DNA of 64,000 nt from Hormiphora californensis (Eukaryota > Animalia > Ctenophora), in contig CM035353.1 of the NCBI GenBank assembly GCA_020137815.1, positions 8,894,455 to 8,958,454 of the forward strand, read 5' to 3'. How positions within the stretch are numbered: position 1 is the stretch's first letter; every line of letters starts with the position of its first letter. Made by a program: the position numbers and the translations under genes. Shown piece after piece: positions 39,166-52,812 of this stretch. Below the pieces are notes generated by a model that had not been told where the DNA came from, made no database searches, and saw nothing but the letters and a program-made list of their open reading frames with translations.

Positions 39166-40270
39166 TGCCGAAGTGGAAATATTTAATTGGTTTTTGGACT
39201 TAATTTCTGTTCTTTTTGGTATTAAATAGAAAAGGCAATTTTTTTCTGATTTCTGTATATTTTCGAATTTGAATAGTTCATAAATATGCGAATAACGACT
39301 AAACAGTGAGAGATACGACTTTTTGTCAGGGGGACGACCCCACATAAAGTGACTATTCTGCGCTGGAATATGTTATGAAAACGTTCTAGGACCAGCCGAA
39401 GTGGAAATATTAAGAACTAGAAAGCCCATTGAAGTCAAATAACAGCCCCCCCCCCCCCCACCCGTCTCTATGTCCACCCCCCCCCCCTCACTCTTTGTCT
39501 CTCCATGTCGGGGTAAAGAATACGGAGGTTGGTATTATAGTGGTAGAGCGCCGGTGATAAACATCAAGGGAAATCCCGCTGAATAACATAGAATTAGGTG
39601 ATAAAGATCCGTAGAATTGTAGTAGCTGTGTAGAGAATCAACGGGGTACGTAGGTAGAAAGGCTTTGGCAATCATGGCGGCTCCAGCAGTAGATCCCAAA
39701 ACACCACAGGAACACACAACAACATGCACGTGCAGTATCCCCCCTCCAATACCCCTCCCAGGGCACCTCCTTGGCAACCCCCCTCTATTTGCACGTGATG
39801 ATAGGACATCATACTCCTCATCACTACGACGTTCATTTCTACTTTATAATATAGACTAGAAAGCCCGTTGAAGTAGAGCACCCGTTGACCTGAATCCCCA
39901 CGCTCTCCCTCACCCAGAATCACCCCTCTCACCCGCTGTACCAACCCGCACGTGCAGCCTTCAATCACTCGCTGCTTAGGGGCTATGACACCTTCTTGGC
40001 AACCCCCCTCTAATTGCACGTGGGATACTACATCACACTCACCACGCCACTCATTTGTACTTTATAATATAGACTAGAAAGCCCATTGTAGTCCTACAAC
40101 AGCGGCTGTTGAACAGCCCCCCCACCCGTCTCTATGTCTCTCCCCCCTCTCAATCTTCGTCTCTCCATGTCGGGGTAAATAATACGGAGGTTCGTATAGA
40201 GTGGTAGAGCGCTGGTGATAAACATCAAGGGAAATCCCGCTGAATAACATGTAGAGTCAGGTGATAAAGA

Positions 40271-41184
40271 CCCAGTGTCCCGATCTCTGGAATATGAAGG
40301 AAAGATAAATGCAAAAATTCTGCAGCAAAACAAAATCCTTGCAGCAAAATGAAAAAATATTGGGGGAATGCAGCAGCAGCTGCTGCAGCAGCAGAAGATA
40401 TTTCCCATACTTACACACAGAGATACAGCAGTGCTGCAGTGTTAACAGTGTGTAACAGAGATAGAATATGTTGGGGCATGTTCCAGTTGTGCGTAATGCA
40501 CCGACAACAGTCGAGTAAGGGGGAAGGGAAAAGAAAAGAGATATTCATACTTTAACATAGCTCTCTTTTTTTCCCCATAGCTCTACAAAGGGGTGAGTGG
40601 AATTTTCTCGGAATTTTCCATCTCTGCAGTCGCTGCAGCACTGCAGCGGGGAAGGGGAAGAAAAGAGAGATTCATACTTTAACATAGCTCTCTTTTTCCC
40701 CATAGCTTTACAAAGGGGTGAGATCGTTATAGTCACTGTTGCAGTCCCTGAGTGGAATATTCCAAGAAATTTCCACCGCTGCAGCAGCACTGCAGCAGGC
40801 ACTGCAGAGATGTAATATTCCAAGGAATTTCCACTGCTGCAGCAGCACTGCAGCAGGCACTGCAAAGATGGAATATTCCAAGGAATTTCCACTACTGCAG
40901 CAGCACTGCAGCAGGCACTGCAAAGATGGAATATTCCAAGGAATTTCCACTACTGCAGCAGCACTGCAGCAGGCACTGCAAAGATGGAATATTCCAAGGA
41001 ATATTCCAACCTTATATAGGGACTGCAGTAGGGAAATATTCCAATGTTAGGGGTACTGGTACTACCGGGGTATTTTAGGACGGTAAAATCCCTATCCATG
41101 ACTGCAGCAAATAGTAAAATTCCTGCAGCAAAACGAGCTCCCAAAATGAAAATTCCAGGCGTGAAAAAAAATCGGCACACCGGG
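40271..41184. mobile_element. Non-autonomous DNA transposon with 8-bp TSD, CTGCAG-saturated
   Basis: TIR CCCAGTGTCCCGAT / ATCGGCACACCGGG (12/14). TSD GATAAAGA (40263-40270, 41185-41192). Internal 57-bp tandem repeat. Confidence 0.75.
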
Positions 41185-41844
41185 GATAAAGATCCGTAGA
41201 ATTGTAGCTGTGTAGAGAATCAACGGGGTGGGATGGTAGAAAGGCTTTGGCAATCATGGCGGCCCGAGTAGTAGATCCTAAAACACCACAACAACAACCA
41301 CAGGAACACGCAATAAACAACACACAACATGCACGTGCAGTATCCCCTCACAACTTCCAATACCCCTCCCAAGCCACCTCCCTGGCAACCCCCACCATTT
41401 GCACGTGTGGATAGGTCATCATCTTCATCACGACGTTCATTTGTACTTTATAATAAGGACTAGAAAGCCCATTGTTAAGTCCTACAACGCCCCCCGCCCC
41501 ACCCGTCTCTATGCCCCCCCCCCCTCTCACTCTTTGTCTCCATGTCGGGGTAAAGAATACGGAGGTTGGTAGAGTGGTAGAGCGCTGTTGATAAACATCA
41601 AGGGAAATTCCGCTTAATAACATGTAGAATTAGGTGATAAAGATCCGTAGAAGTGTAGATGTGAAGAGAATCAATGGGGTACGTAGGTAGAAAAGCTTTT
41701 GCAATCATGGCGGCCCCAGCAGTAGATCCCAAAACACCAACAACAACAACACACACACACACACACACTTCTACTTCCTAACATTTGCATTTTGTTGCGG
41801 CTCTCCCTCCTAACTGCTTGCGACCTTTGTACACGCACCGTAAC

Positions 41845-42885
41845 ATGAGCAACCGCTCTAATGACGAGCTACTTATGCAGAGTGGAAGACATCTAACGAT
41901 TGATCTGCACAAAATAGCTGCCAGGCACATTTGTCATGACATTGCAGAGTTGGCACAGGTACTAAGACTTGATGACGCGGACGAGGATGACAACAACTGG
42001 GATACCGTACGTAACCTGTATAGGAAGGCCCGCAAGGGTCTAGTGATTGGCAGAACCCGTGACTCCGAGATTAAGGAAATGAGTGTGGAGGATATGAGAC
42101 GTTTCCTGGGGAAGTGCTATTACTTCCTTTTTCATAAAGTACTGTTCCGCTTGTACAATGACGCTGTTAGTAACAAGAAAGCTAAAGAGGTCCATCTTGA
42201 GGCTGCTGAGGCTGAGGAAGAGGAAAGTTTTAGGTCAGCCAACTCATCAATGACAGAGGAGATGACCTCACTGAAAGATGAACTGTTGAAATGTCAGCGA
42301 GAGGTAAATCAGCTCCAGAAGCAGATTATCGACATGCAGAGCGAGGAATTGAAATCGGTGAGATCTGTAACTGAGACTTTACAGAAAGACCTTAATTCCT
42401 GGTCTGCTGTAGTGGCCCAAAACGTTGCAACAGCTACTGCACCGAGGAAGATTGGGGCGGCTCTCCACACACCGCAGCTCCCAAAAGAAGATAGCAGAGC
42501 TAAGAACCTTATTGTTTATGGCCTGCCAGAGGAGGAGAACGAGACAGTTACTGATCGTGCACTTACTGTGTTTGAGGAGCTCGACGAGAAGCCTCCTATA
42601 TCGTCATCTTGTAGACTTGGAACCGCCGCTGAAGGGAAAACCCGGCCCATCAGGGTTACCTTGGAGTCTAGAGACAGTGTTCTGACTCTACTGAGGAAGG
42701 CCCGACAGCTGAGAAATAGTGAAATCTACAGCAGAGTGTATCTCTGTCCAGATCGGACTATTGAGGAGAGACGAGAGAGACGAGAGAATCTACAGACACA
42801 TGAAAAACTTAGAAGAGATAACCCTGAGAGACAGTTCGAACTGAAGAGAGGGGTTATACAGTTTTTGTGCCCCACTAGTAGTTAG
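41845..42885 (+). CDS. LINE ORF1-like protein (coiled coil + RRM-like), no ORF2 downstream
   Basis: SWSAVV, RAKNLIVYGLPEE, RLG..RPIRVTL, VYLCPDRT.EERRERR are typical of CR1/L2/Jockey-group ORF1. ATG at 41845 (the track ORF starts at a TTG). Confidence 0.75.
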   Translation: MSNRSNDELLMQSGRHLTIDLHKIAARHICHDIAELAQVLRLDDADEDDNNWDTVRNLYRKARKGLVIGRTRDSEIKEMSVEDMRRFLGKCYYFLFHKVLFRLYNDAVSNKKAKEVHLEAAEAEEEESFRSANSSMTEEMTSLKDELLKCQREVNQLQKQIIDMQSEELKSVRSVTETLQKDLNSWSAVVAQNVATATAPRKIGAALHTPQLPKEDSRAKNLIVYGLPEEENETVTDRALTVFEELDEKPPISSSCRLGTAAEGKTRPIRVTLESRDSVLTLLRKARQLRNSEIYSRVYLCPDRTIEERRERRENLQTHEKLRRDNPERQFELKRGVIQFLCPTSS

Positions 42886-45542
42886 GATTTTCGATTTATT
42901 AAGTGTTCACCTGCTAATTTCTAGGATTAATCCCGGCATCTACTTGTGTGTTCGCGTATATTTTAATTCATTATTATAATTTACACGAGCAGGAAGGTGT
43001 TGTCCGAGAGTAACATCTTAGTTACTCTTGGAGAGCATCTTCCAGTTCTTACACTCATGGGAACATGAGTAGAACTATTTACAAACCGTGTCAAACCGTG
43101 TCACACGAAACAAACAACAACATGCACGTGCAGTATCCCCCTCCAATACCCCTCCCAAGCCACCTCCTTGACAACCCCCCACCATTTGCACGTGGGATAC
43201 TACATAACCCTCATCACGACGTTCATTTGCTTATTATAATAAGGACTAGAGAGCCCAGGCAAAAGAACAAAAAACTCTCACACTCTATTGACTCCTCTCA
43301 ATCCCGATCCCCGGCTCATGCCTACTTTGCTCCCTACGGCGCCGCTTCGCGGCACCTCCGGTCGCGAGATCATACTCCACGCCCCCTTCCCCCTGTTGAC
43401 TCCCCTCAGTCCTCACCCCTCTTATCCCCCTTGGCCCTCTTACTCCCCTCGGCCCCTATTGAATCATATCGTCCCCTATTCACTCCATCTCATCCTCTAT
43501 TCACTCCCCTATAACGCCATAAGGAACACTTCCCTAACCCCTCTCTCAATCTGTGATCTGAAGCAGTTCAGAACCCCACATTTTCCCTCATTTTTTACCA
43601 TTTCCCCCATAACTCTGTCGTTTCTCAACCAATTTCGAAAATCTTGGGCTCATTAGAAAGATAATCTCAAGCTCTTTCCAAAGAGCTATTATCCCCCAAA
43701 TTTATAAAACCTTTACATTCACACGTGCACGCCCCAAACCCCACCAACCATCCCTAACAACACGCCAATTTTCCACGTGCAAACCCTAAAAAAACCCCTC
43801 CCCCAAATTTTGTCTTGCAACCATCTCTGCTTTATAATATAGCCTAGAAAGCCCATTGAAGTCCTACAACCCCCCCCCCCCACCCACCCATATCTATGCC
43901 CCCCTCTCACATGTCGGGGTAAAGAATACGGAGGTTGGTAGTGGTAGAGCGCTGGTGATAAACATCAAGGGAAATCCCGCTGAATAACATGTAGAATTAG
44001 GTGATAAAGATCCATAGAATTGTAGCAGTGTAGAGAATCAACGGGGTACGTAGCTTTGGCTATCATGGCGGCCCAACAGTATATCCCAAAACACCACAGG
44101 AACAATACAGGAACACGCAAGAAACAACAAACAACATGCACGTGCAGTATCCCCCTCCAATACCCCTCCCAGGGCACCTCCTTGGCAACCCCCTCTATTT
44201 GCACGTGATGATAGGTCATCATCCTCATCACGACGTTCATTTGTACTTTATAATAAGGACTAGAGAGCCCAGGCAAAGACCAAAAAACTCCTCTCACACT
44301 CTATTGACTCTTCTCAACACCTCCCACCCCTCCCTGCACCCTAATCCCATTGATACCCTAGCAAAAGTAAAGCTCTATGGCTTATTGACTCTCATCACCC
44401 CCTAATGACTCTCCTCGCCCCCTATTGACTCCTGTCGCCCCCACTGTGATTATTGAATCCTCATTCCTCACTCCCCCCGGCTCTTTTGACTCCCCTCACC
44501 CCTATTGAATCATTACCCCCCCCCCCTATTAACTACCCAGTACCCACCCACTATTGAATCCTTACCCCCCCCCCCCTGTTGAATCCTCCGCCCCCTACTG
44601 ACTCCTATCGGCACGCATTATTGAATCCTCTCTCACTCCATCTCTTCATCATGTCGATGTCGGGGTTGGTAGAGTGGTATAAGGGATGGTGATGAACATC
44701 AAGGGTGATCAGAAGAGGGCCGCTTGAAACGTGTCGAATTAGGTGATGAACATCCGTAGAATTGTAGCTGTGTAGAGTAATTATCGGGGGTATGTAGGTA
44801 GTGAAGCTTTGGCAATCATTGGGGCAGCAGTAGTAGATGGCAAAACACCACAAAACACCGCAGGAACACGCAACATAACATCCAACAACATGCACGTGCA
44901 GTATTCACACCCTTGCCCACCCACCATAACAACCCCTTGATTCGCACGGGCAAATGGAGCGAATTGTTGCACGCTAGTGTTGCACGCTTCTTAGACGACG
45001 TTCATCTCCAAATTATAATAGAGATATGCAAATTAAAAACAACGGAAGTTTTTAAGGTCTATACACATACATTCGTTTCTTAAAATCAGAGTGTTTAGTG
45101 CTTCTTAACTTTTTACACAAAATAAGGTGATCAACGAGACAAATTTAATCCAACTTGGCCTGAATACTGTTGAGAAATCCCGGTCGAATCCCGGTCAAAA
45201 ATCGCTGTTCGGTCACCGGACCGGGATTTTCAAAAATCGCTGTCCGGTCACCGGGATCCCGGTCGGTTACTGCTTGACAACCGTGTTATTGACGTTGAGG
45301 GGCGAAAAGAACCACCCTTTATCAAAAGGCCCTTTATACCTACTTGAGGCGCACCCAATGGTGCGCTAGTGATTTTTAAAAATGGTGAAGAATTTTCCAA
45401 AATTAGTCCTGAAAAGACTAAAAAAGGCTAATAAACGCTAAAGAAAGGCTAACGGTACCCTGATTTTGGCCGATGGCTTTGCTTCTTTAGGGTTGGACCC
45501 CCCCCCCCCAATTTTCTAATTTTTTTGTATGTACAATCTCAG

Positions 45543-45676
45543 GAACATACTTCTTCAAGAAAGTGGTAGTAATACGAGCTCGAACAGTTTTATTTGTGCT
45601 AATGGCGGAAAGAGAACGAAAACAAGACAAAAGAAAAGTGATTTAGTTGATGGTGAAAATGACAGTGATGATGGAG
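45543..45676 (+). CDS. Exon of PHF21-like gene (NILLQES...ENDSDDG), phase 2-1
   Basis: tctcag acceptor, gtaaat donor, 134 bp. Phases join exon 25448 and the PHD exon. Confidence 0.72.
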
Positions 45677-46392
45677 GTAAATAAGGGTGACTTACAACTC
45701 TGACTCATAGAGAGGTGATCTGATTAGGTTTTATGCGCCAGAGTTGTAAGCTAGCCTACAACCCTGGCTCATAGTAAAAAAAGTGGTTGACTCACTATTT
45801 GGTGGAAAGCATTTATTCCTGTTGTAACCCACCTATTTTGACCCGCTGAACTCGATCCCGTCGATAGGTAAGCTCGCAAAAGTGAAGAAAATGCCCAAAA
45901 TGACATTTTTGTTCATTTAGTTAGGGTGTGTCTCCTGAAGTTGACACCAAAATTCAAAACTCGGAGAATTCCAATAAAATGTATATCATCTGAAAGCGGG
46001 TAAAGGACTGATCATTTCAGTAAACGCGGCAGTATAATTATCATTAATTAATTAATTATTAATTAATTAGCGACCGTAACGCTAGTAACGACCGTAACGT
46101 TACGGTTGTTACAGTGCATTCTATTTACAATTACACATAAAATTGTCGTAATGACCGTAACGTTACGGTTGCTGTTACGGTCGTTACAAAATGTTACATC
46201 TTCAGATTTTCCAGGCAGCCACGTCCATACTTTTTGGACTAAAGCTTTAGAATTAAGACAGGAGAAAGTACTCAGTCACAGCTACCGCTGAGTACCAGTT
46301 TTAACTTCGTATGATAACTACAACCGATTCTATGATCATTCAAAAGAGCGTTACGGTCGTTATGTCAACGCCAAAAAAGGGCATTTTTGGCA

Positions 46393-46993
46393 TCATACTA
46401 CTTACTAAGCAAATTGTGTAACGGAGGTCACCTAGCAACTACACTTGCACGTGCAATTATTAGAGGGACCTGGAAAGTGGAGACCTCTCTCCCAGCAGCT
46501 GCAGTTGGGTACCAAGGGGAATTCAATTCTGCACGTGCATTCTTTTACTTCTGTCCTGATGTCTAGCTCTTCCACCCAAAGTGCTATTCGGCAACGTTTA
46601 TCTAGGTCCAGGAGAACTGCTGCTGTCAGGGAGCAGGCTAGAGAATATGACAGATTACGCCAACGTGTTCAAGCGAGCCAAGACAACGACTACGGATAGC
46701 TTTACCCAAAGTCGCCCAAGGGTGGTTACTCCAGTCGAATATAGAAATCTCCAAATCGGCTACATAGCGGCCAAGTTTTCACGTGATGAGTTTCTGGAAC
46801 AGCACTGCACCTCCATGACATTGATCTCTTAAATTCGCACCTCGACATTGTCAGGAAGCCCAGAGCGTACACCAACATGAGTAGGAAGAAAGTGAGAGAT
46901 AGGCTAGGAACGGATGGTGCAGGTGATGTCAGCGTTCCCTAATCCAGCTATCATTTCCCCGAAATTCGCCCGTAGGGCGAACGGGCCTACTAG
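46393..46993 (+). mobile_element. Non-autonomous Helitron family A, complete
   Basis: A|TCATACTAC...hairpin...CTAG|T, 601 bp, no TSD. Confidence 0.85.
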
Positions 46994-47819
46994 TATTATG
47001 CTATACAATTTTGGCATATTATGCTATACAATTCATATTATGCTATACAATTCAGCTCAGTGATGCATAATTATCATAATACTTTGTGTTTTCAAATTTA
47101 AATGACTGGGACTGTTCAAATCGACATAGCGTCAAAAGTTGTGAATATTTTGCTCTGAAATTTTAGGACAAGGTAAATGCCACTAAACCGGGGTCCGACT
47201 GTATACCGATTCTGTAACCCCCTAGTTCCATGGGCAGAACTCCGCAAAAGGGTCTGCCGTTTGAAAGTGAGAACTTCGGTTCTATGGGAAGAAAAATACT
47301 GACACACAGACGCACAATCTACTGAGTTATTTCATTGATCAATTAGATGTGTGAATAACACCCTCCCGAGGGGCTACCAAAAAAAGGTGTAATTCAGCCT
47401 GTGCACAAGGCGTAATTCTGCGGCGTAATTCGGCCGCAGAATTCGGCCTAAAAGGCGTAATTCAGCCTAAATTTTGCCGAATTCTGCCCATGGAACAAGG
47501 GGGTTCTGAGTGTGGCAAAGTGTGGCGCTTCGTCAGCAGACGTGATCATAGTGTCTGAAATCGTTGACAAGGTCACGTGACTAGCTGTGGTGCTGAGTGT
47601 GGTAGAGCGTGGCGCTTTATCATGACAAGAGAGAGAGGGAGAGAGTCACATCTTCTTCGTCATGACGAGAGAATAAACAAGGTAAACACGATATATATGT
47701 TGGTACTGGAAATAAAATTAACCGTAGCTTTCAACTAAACTTGGGTAATCTTCATCAGCGGAAAGAGTGATGAACATGATGTCTCTCCAAAGAAGACAAG
47801 AGCGTTACATTGTGATTCA

Positions 47820-48240
47820 TATACATGGAAGCTACACAACAGACAAGTCAGCAATGATCTCCAGATACAGTTCAAAGACAAAGGTCGGACAGGGATCAAG
47901 GCAGTCGTACCACCAATGACCAAGACAGGATCGAGTGCAAACCAAACACTCTATGACGAGTCCTTTGCGGTCATAGGACCAAAGCTGTGGAACAGTATCC
48001 CAGCAGAGCTCAGCCGCATTGACAAGTTCGAGAGTTTCAAACGGGCCCTTACGAAGCACTTCAAGGAAATCCCGGATGAACCTCCTGTTCAAGGTTACAG
48101 TAGGAGGAACAACAACTCAGTGCTGGACTGGCTGAGAGATAAACCTGAAGTGTGTTCGCACGAGGCGATGACCCTGTTGCAGCAGAGGATCTGATCTTCT
48201 ACAGCTTCGAACAACCTAAAGTGACTAAAGTGAAGTGAGT
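47820..48240 (+). mobile_element. CR1-clade LINE 3' fragment
   Basis: SFAVIGPKLWNSIP..FKRAL..IPDEPPV.GY..NNNS motif. Boundaries are approximate. Confidence 0.7.
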
Positions 48241-48568
48241 GGTTGTGTGGTGGGTATAAATACCCAGGGTGTGATTGGATTGGGTGACAGGGTGGAGATG
48301 AGATAGGGTGGTGAGCTGGGTTGTTGTGGTATGATGAGAGGGGGGTGAGAGCAGGGAGGGAGACTAGAAGGGGGCTACAGCTGTGATACGTGAGACGGGT
48401 TAGTGGCAGGGGGAGTGGGGACGGAGGGAGACTGGAAGGCGGGAATATTGGCACTACGGGGGTTGAAGGCAAGAGAGTTATACCCAGCAGATAGAGAGAG
48501 CGAATCGGTGACACTAGACGTTGTTATCATGTCGAGATGTTCCACATCTAATCACGTGACCTTGTAAC

Positions 48569-48681
<113 letters not shown>

Positions 48682-50009
48682 CATAATGTAAAGGAAGAGA
48701 GTTGGAAAAGTTTGTCTGGATTTCAGCTTGTGTCCGATTTCGGACACTATGATCACGTCTGCACTCTGCTGACGAAGCGCCACACTTTACCACACTCACC
48801 ACCAATTACATAATCGGTGTAACACATGACTGGGGGCTGATTACCCCCCAGTAAGACACGTGATACGTGATACCTGAGTGCAACAAGAATTATTGCATTA
48901 TGTATTCATAATGCGGTGTTTCCCTGCCCTCCATCATCACACTATCACAATATCAAGGCTTGGTCACAATGTAATGTGAGATGCATGCGATGCGTACTTC
49001 TCACATCGCTAACTCAAACTTAGTAACGAGGATTCGACAGTAACCAAACACTCATTTCATCAACCACCAAGTTCGACATCGCAATTTAGCAGCGTCAACT
49101 AAACGTAACGCCCTTCGCCGAACGGATTTTCTATAAGGAAACGTGCACGGCTTTGTAGTTTCTGTCACAGTTAGCGCCACGCACAGTTTTGAGAAATAAG
49201 CGTTCTGACATCATATTTCATCAAAACAGTTATTTGATTTGATGAAGGAGCACACTCGAGCGTTGTCAGGCGTTGTCCGTGACGGACGGACATTTAGTTA
49301 ACCCCACGATCTGCTGATTTCTAAACCCTGAATGATCTTTTTAGCACGTGTGTGCTAAAAAGATCATCCCGGGCAGGGAAAAAATGCTCCCAATTAGGCC
49401 GACTTACACCACTTTGCCGTGTTCCTGCGAAGGAACTAAAAAAGATATCGCCAAACCAAGCAGCCAAAAGTTTGTAAATTGTCTAATGAACATATTGTGA
49501 AAGTTTGAGCTCTCTACCTCATCAGGTTGCAGAGATCTGTACGCTCAAAGTTAGAGGAGGTTTTTGGGCTACAGGTTCATTCAGGAACGACCGATTGAAA
49601 TTTGAGTACAATAAATGGTAGGTAGCCATCTACATTATCCTAAAATTTCAGAGCAAAATATTTACAATTTTTGACGCTGTCGATTTGAACAGTCCTAGCC
49701 ATTTAAAAACACACAGTATTAAAGTCGGATTTTTTGAAGTTGTCACCCCCCTTTTGTCGCGCGGCGTCGTATTTGCGCGTGACAGCCCCCACTTGCTCTC
49801 ACTTTTCGGCAAAAAGCCGCATATCATCTGAAAGAGCATAATTTTGTGAGTCCGTACAGTTTTTGTTTGACGAAATTGGCCAAGAAACGTGAGAGGCAAA
49901 ACAAGTTTCCGGCGCGCAAATAAAAACTCGCGCGCCACCTTCAAAAAATCCGTCTTTATGCCAAAAACTAACAGAAATTAACACAACAAAAGTGGTCACC
50001 TTTCCAGCC

Positions 50010-52716
50010 TGGAGGTCTGGATCAGGGGCATCTTGCGGGGATGTAGGAATGTATGTAAATCAAGATGCGTATTCGGCAGTGAAAATGGTGAAGTCATACA
50101 TTAACCGAATTTTACTTGTGAGCTTCACTGGCAACCCTGCTCTCACTGTAATTTGTGTGTACGCCCCTACAGAGGGGAGTGATCCGGCGGAGGCAGAGAG
50201 TTTCCATGAGGCCCTGAGGGGAGCTATCCATGAGGTTCCAGCACAGGATGTTCTGGTTGTGTTAGGGGACTTAAACGCCCATCTGTCTAGGGGGTCGCCG
50301 GACGATGGGGTTTGGTATTTCCATTCAACGTCGAATAGGAACGGGGCGCTGCTCCGTGATACTATGTTAGAATGTAAACTGGTGGCAGGTAACCATCGTT
50401 TCCAGAAAAAGCTGGCTAAGCTCCATACTTTGACGAGCGAGGGCACACTCTGCCAAAGTCAAATTGACTATTATATTCGACGGAAGTGGAAGAACTCTTT
50501 GCGTAACGTGGAGGTATTCGACTCTTTTGGTAGTGTAGGGTCTGATCATAGAGCAGTTCTTGGTTTCCTCCGCCACAGTCTTCGGACGACTAAGCGTGCT
50601 AAGGGGCAGATCAAGTTCAATTATACTTGTCTCAGAGAGGAGCCTGAATTGTGTGAGAGGTACAGTGTGGAGGTGAAGAGTAGGTATGATGTGTTAAGGA
50701 CAGATGTGGAGGATGCTTCTGGAAGGTATGGGGCATTTGTGTCGGCTGTTGGTGAAACCAATAACCACCTACTGCCACGGAAGCACAGACGTGCTACATA
50801 TGGTACCGTGTGGGGCAATAAAAATGCCCCCCCCCCCCCCAAGTCTACCATAGTTCCAGATATGGTGGAGCGCTAAAATTTGGTTCAGTAACTCTATGAG
50901 ACAAATAAATAACTTGACCAAAATTTCAGACCTCTAGCTCAAAATTCATTTTTTTGATCGGAATGAACATTGTCATTCATTCCAGGAAAAAAATATTTTC
51001 CGGTCCAAAATTTAACTAATTATGTTTGGCTATCGATTTGCTTTCCAATGGGACCAAGATCAGCTAAATTGGACAACCACAAGAGACACAGTGTCATGTT
51101 GCTTTAAGTTAGTCAGGCCATGTGATCTTCACCGAATCGTTGAGTTTCCCGGATTGCTAATCGGGCCAAGGGGCAAAGGAATCTCGTATCATGGTCGCTA
51201 ATTGGGTATGTGTACCAATACAGGGTGATGTGATTCGAGGAAAGAGGACATTTATCAAAGAGCTACAGATCTCATGACCAATCAGCATCGTCATCCCTCA
51301 TTAGCAGATGTGATACGTGATTCTCTACCACTTATACCAATTCGTAATACTGAACACGATCAACGATTCAGTGAAAATCACATGACCTGACTAACTTTAA
51401 GAAACATGACACTGTGTCTCTTGTGGTTGTCCAATTTAGCTGATCTTGGTCACATTGGAAAGCTAATCGATAGCCAAACATAATTGGTTAAATTTTGAAC
51501 TGGAAAATATTTTTTCCTGGAATGAATGACAATGTTCATTCCGATCAAAAAAATGAATTTTGAGCTAGAGGTCTGAAATTTTGGTCAAGTTATTTATTTG
51601 TCTCATAGAGTTACTGAACCAAATTTTAGCGCTCCACCATATCTGGAACTATGGTAGACTTGGGGGGGGGGGCATTTTTATTGCCCCACACGGTAGTTTC
51701 CCTGAACAATGGAGGAGCCTTCTCCTAAAAAGGGGGACCTCACTAGAACTAGCAACTATAGGGGAATCTCTTTGCTCTAAAAACTCTCAATAAGATGATA
51801 TTACAGGGGGACACCTTGGCTCCATATCTGTTAATTATAGCTATTGACTATGTCATGAGAGAGACTCTGGCTTGTAGGGACGTTGGATTTACCCTCAGGA
51901 AGAGGAAGAGTATGCGTCATCCTGAAGTGAAAATCACTGACACCGACTACGCTGATGACCTGTCACTCCTTTCGGACACGATCGAACAGGCACAGGAATT
52001 CTTAGAAAGTCTGGAAACGGCAGCAGTGGCAGTAGGTCTTCACTTGAATGAAGCGAAGACTAAGTTTATGGCTACCGGCATAGAGAATCCTTCCCTTGTT
52101 AGCTCTTCGGGAAATCATCTAGGGCAGGTGGACGATTTCGTCTACCTTGGGGCCCACCTTAAATCGACGGAGAAGGATTTTAACATTAGGAAGGCTAAGG
52201 CCTGGGCAGCCTGTCACAGGCTCAAAGGGATATGGAAAACTGACCTGAGAAGGAGCATTAAGGTAAACCTGTTCCGTACTACCGTAGAGGCCATTTTATT
52301 ATACGGCGCCGAAACCTGGACGCTCACATCTACTATGGAGAAACAATTGGATGGTTGTTATAGTAGGATGCTACGAATGGCGCTTGGTATAAGCTGGTGG
52401 GATAGGGTCTCTAATGAGGAAGTCTTCCAAAATGTCCCCAGAGTTTCTGAGACTGTGAGGACAAGTAGACTTAGGCTGGCTGGACAAGTACAAAGGCACG
52501 AGAAGCTAACAGCCCACCAACTGCTGTTCTGGGAACCAGATAGGGGCTCCAGAGGCCGGGGTAGGCCCAGGAAAACCTATATAAACCAGCTCAGGGAGGG
52601 TACTAGCCTATCCGATGACGGCGACATCAAGAAGCTTATAGAAGATCGTGTGCTATGGCGGACCGAACTGACTGCTCGGACAATGAAGCCGCCTTAAGTC
52701 AAGTAAGTAAGTCAAA
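50010..52716 (+). mobile_element. Defective RTE-clade LINE (APE fragment + RT C-terminal part), internally deleted and interrupted
   Basis: APE motifs VYAPT, GDLNAH, QIDY, SDH. RT motifs LQGDTLAP, YADD, YGAETW. AAGT-type tail. 9-bp TSD TTTCCAGCC (50001-50009, 52717-52725). Confidence 0.85.
50806..51693. mobile_element. Foldback MITE with TA TSD (Tc1/mariner-pogo-like) inside the RTE
   Basis: TA|CCGTGTGGGGCAATAAAAATG...CATTTTTATTGCCCCACACGG|TA, arms about 320 bp. Confidence 0.8.
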
Positions 52717-52812
52717 TTTCCAGCCAACTAATTTCTGTTAGTTTTTGGCATATTTGGGTATATTTTTGGTATTTTTTGATGTGAAGTACAATGTAAGACA
52801 TGTATGGACGTA

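Larger units (their letters stand above)
39417..45024 (-). mobile_element. Head-to-tail array of 7 related non-autonomous Helitron units
   Basis: Junctions TATAATA(T/A)(A/G)GA|CTAG at about 39856, 40074, 41460, 43246, 43844 and 44260 (on -: CTAG|TC; the 43844 junction is a variant). The array is flanked by A and T. Confidence 0.72.

Noticed and set aside
46445-46832. Short ORFs in Helitron A with an Arg-rich helix
   Set aside because: Possibly a RepHel N-terminal relic, but too short and lacking Rep or helicase motifs.
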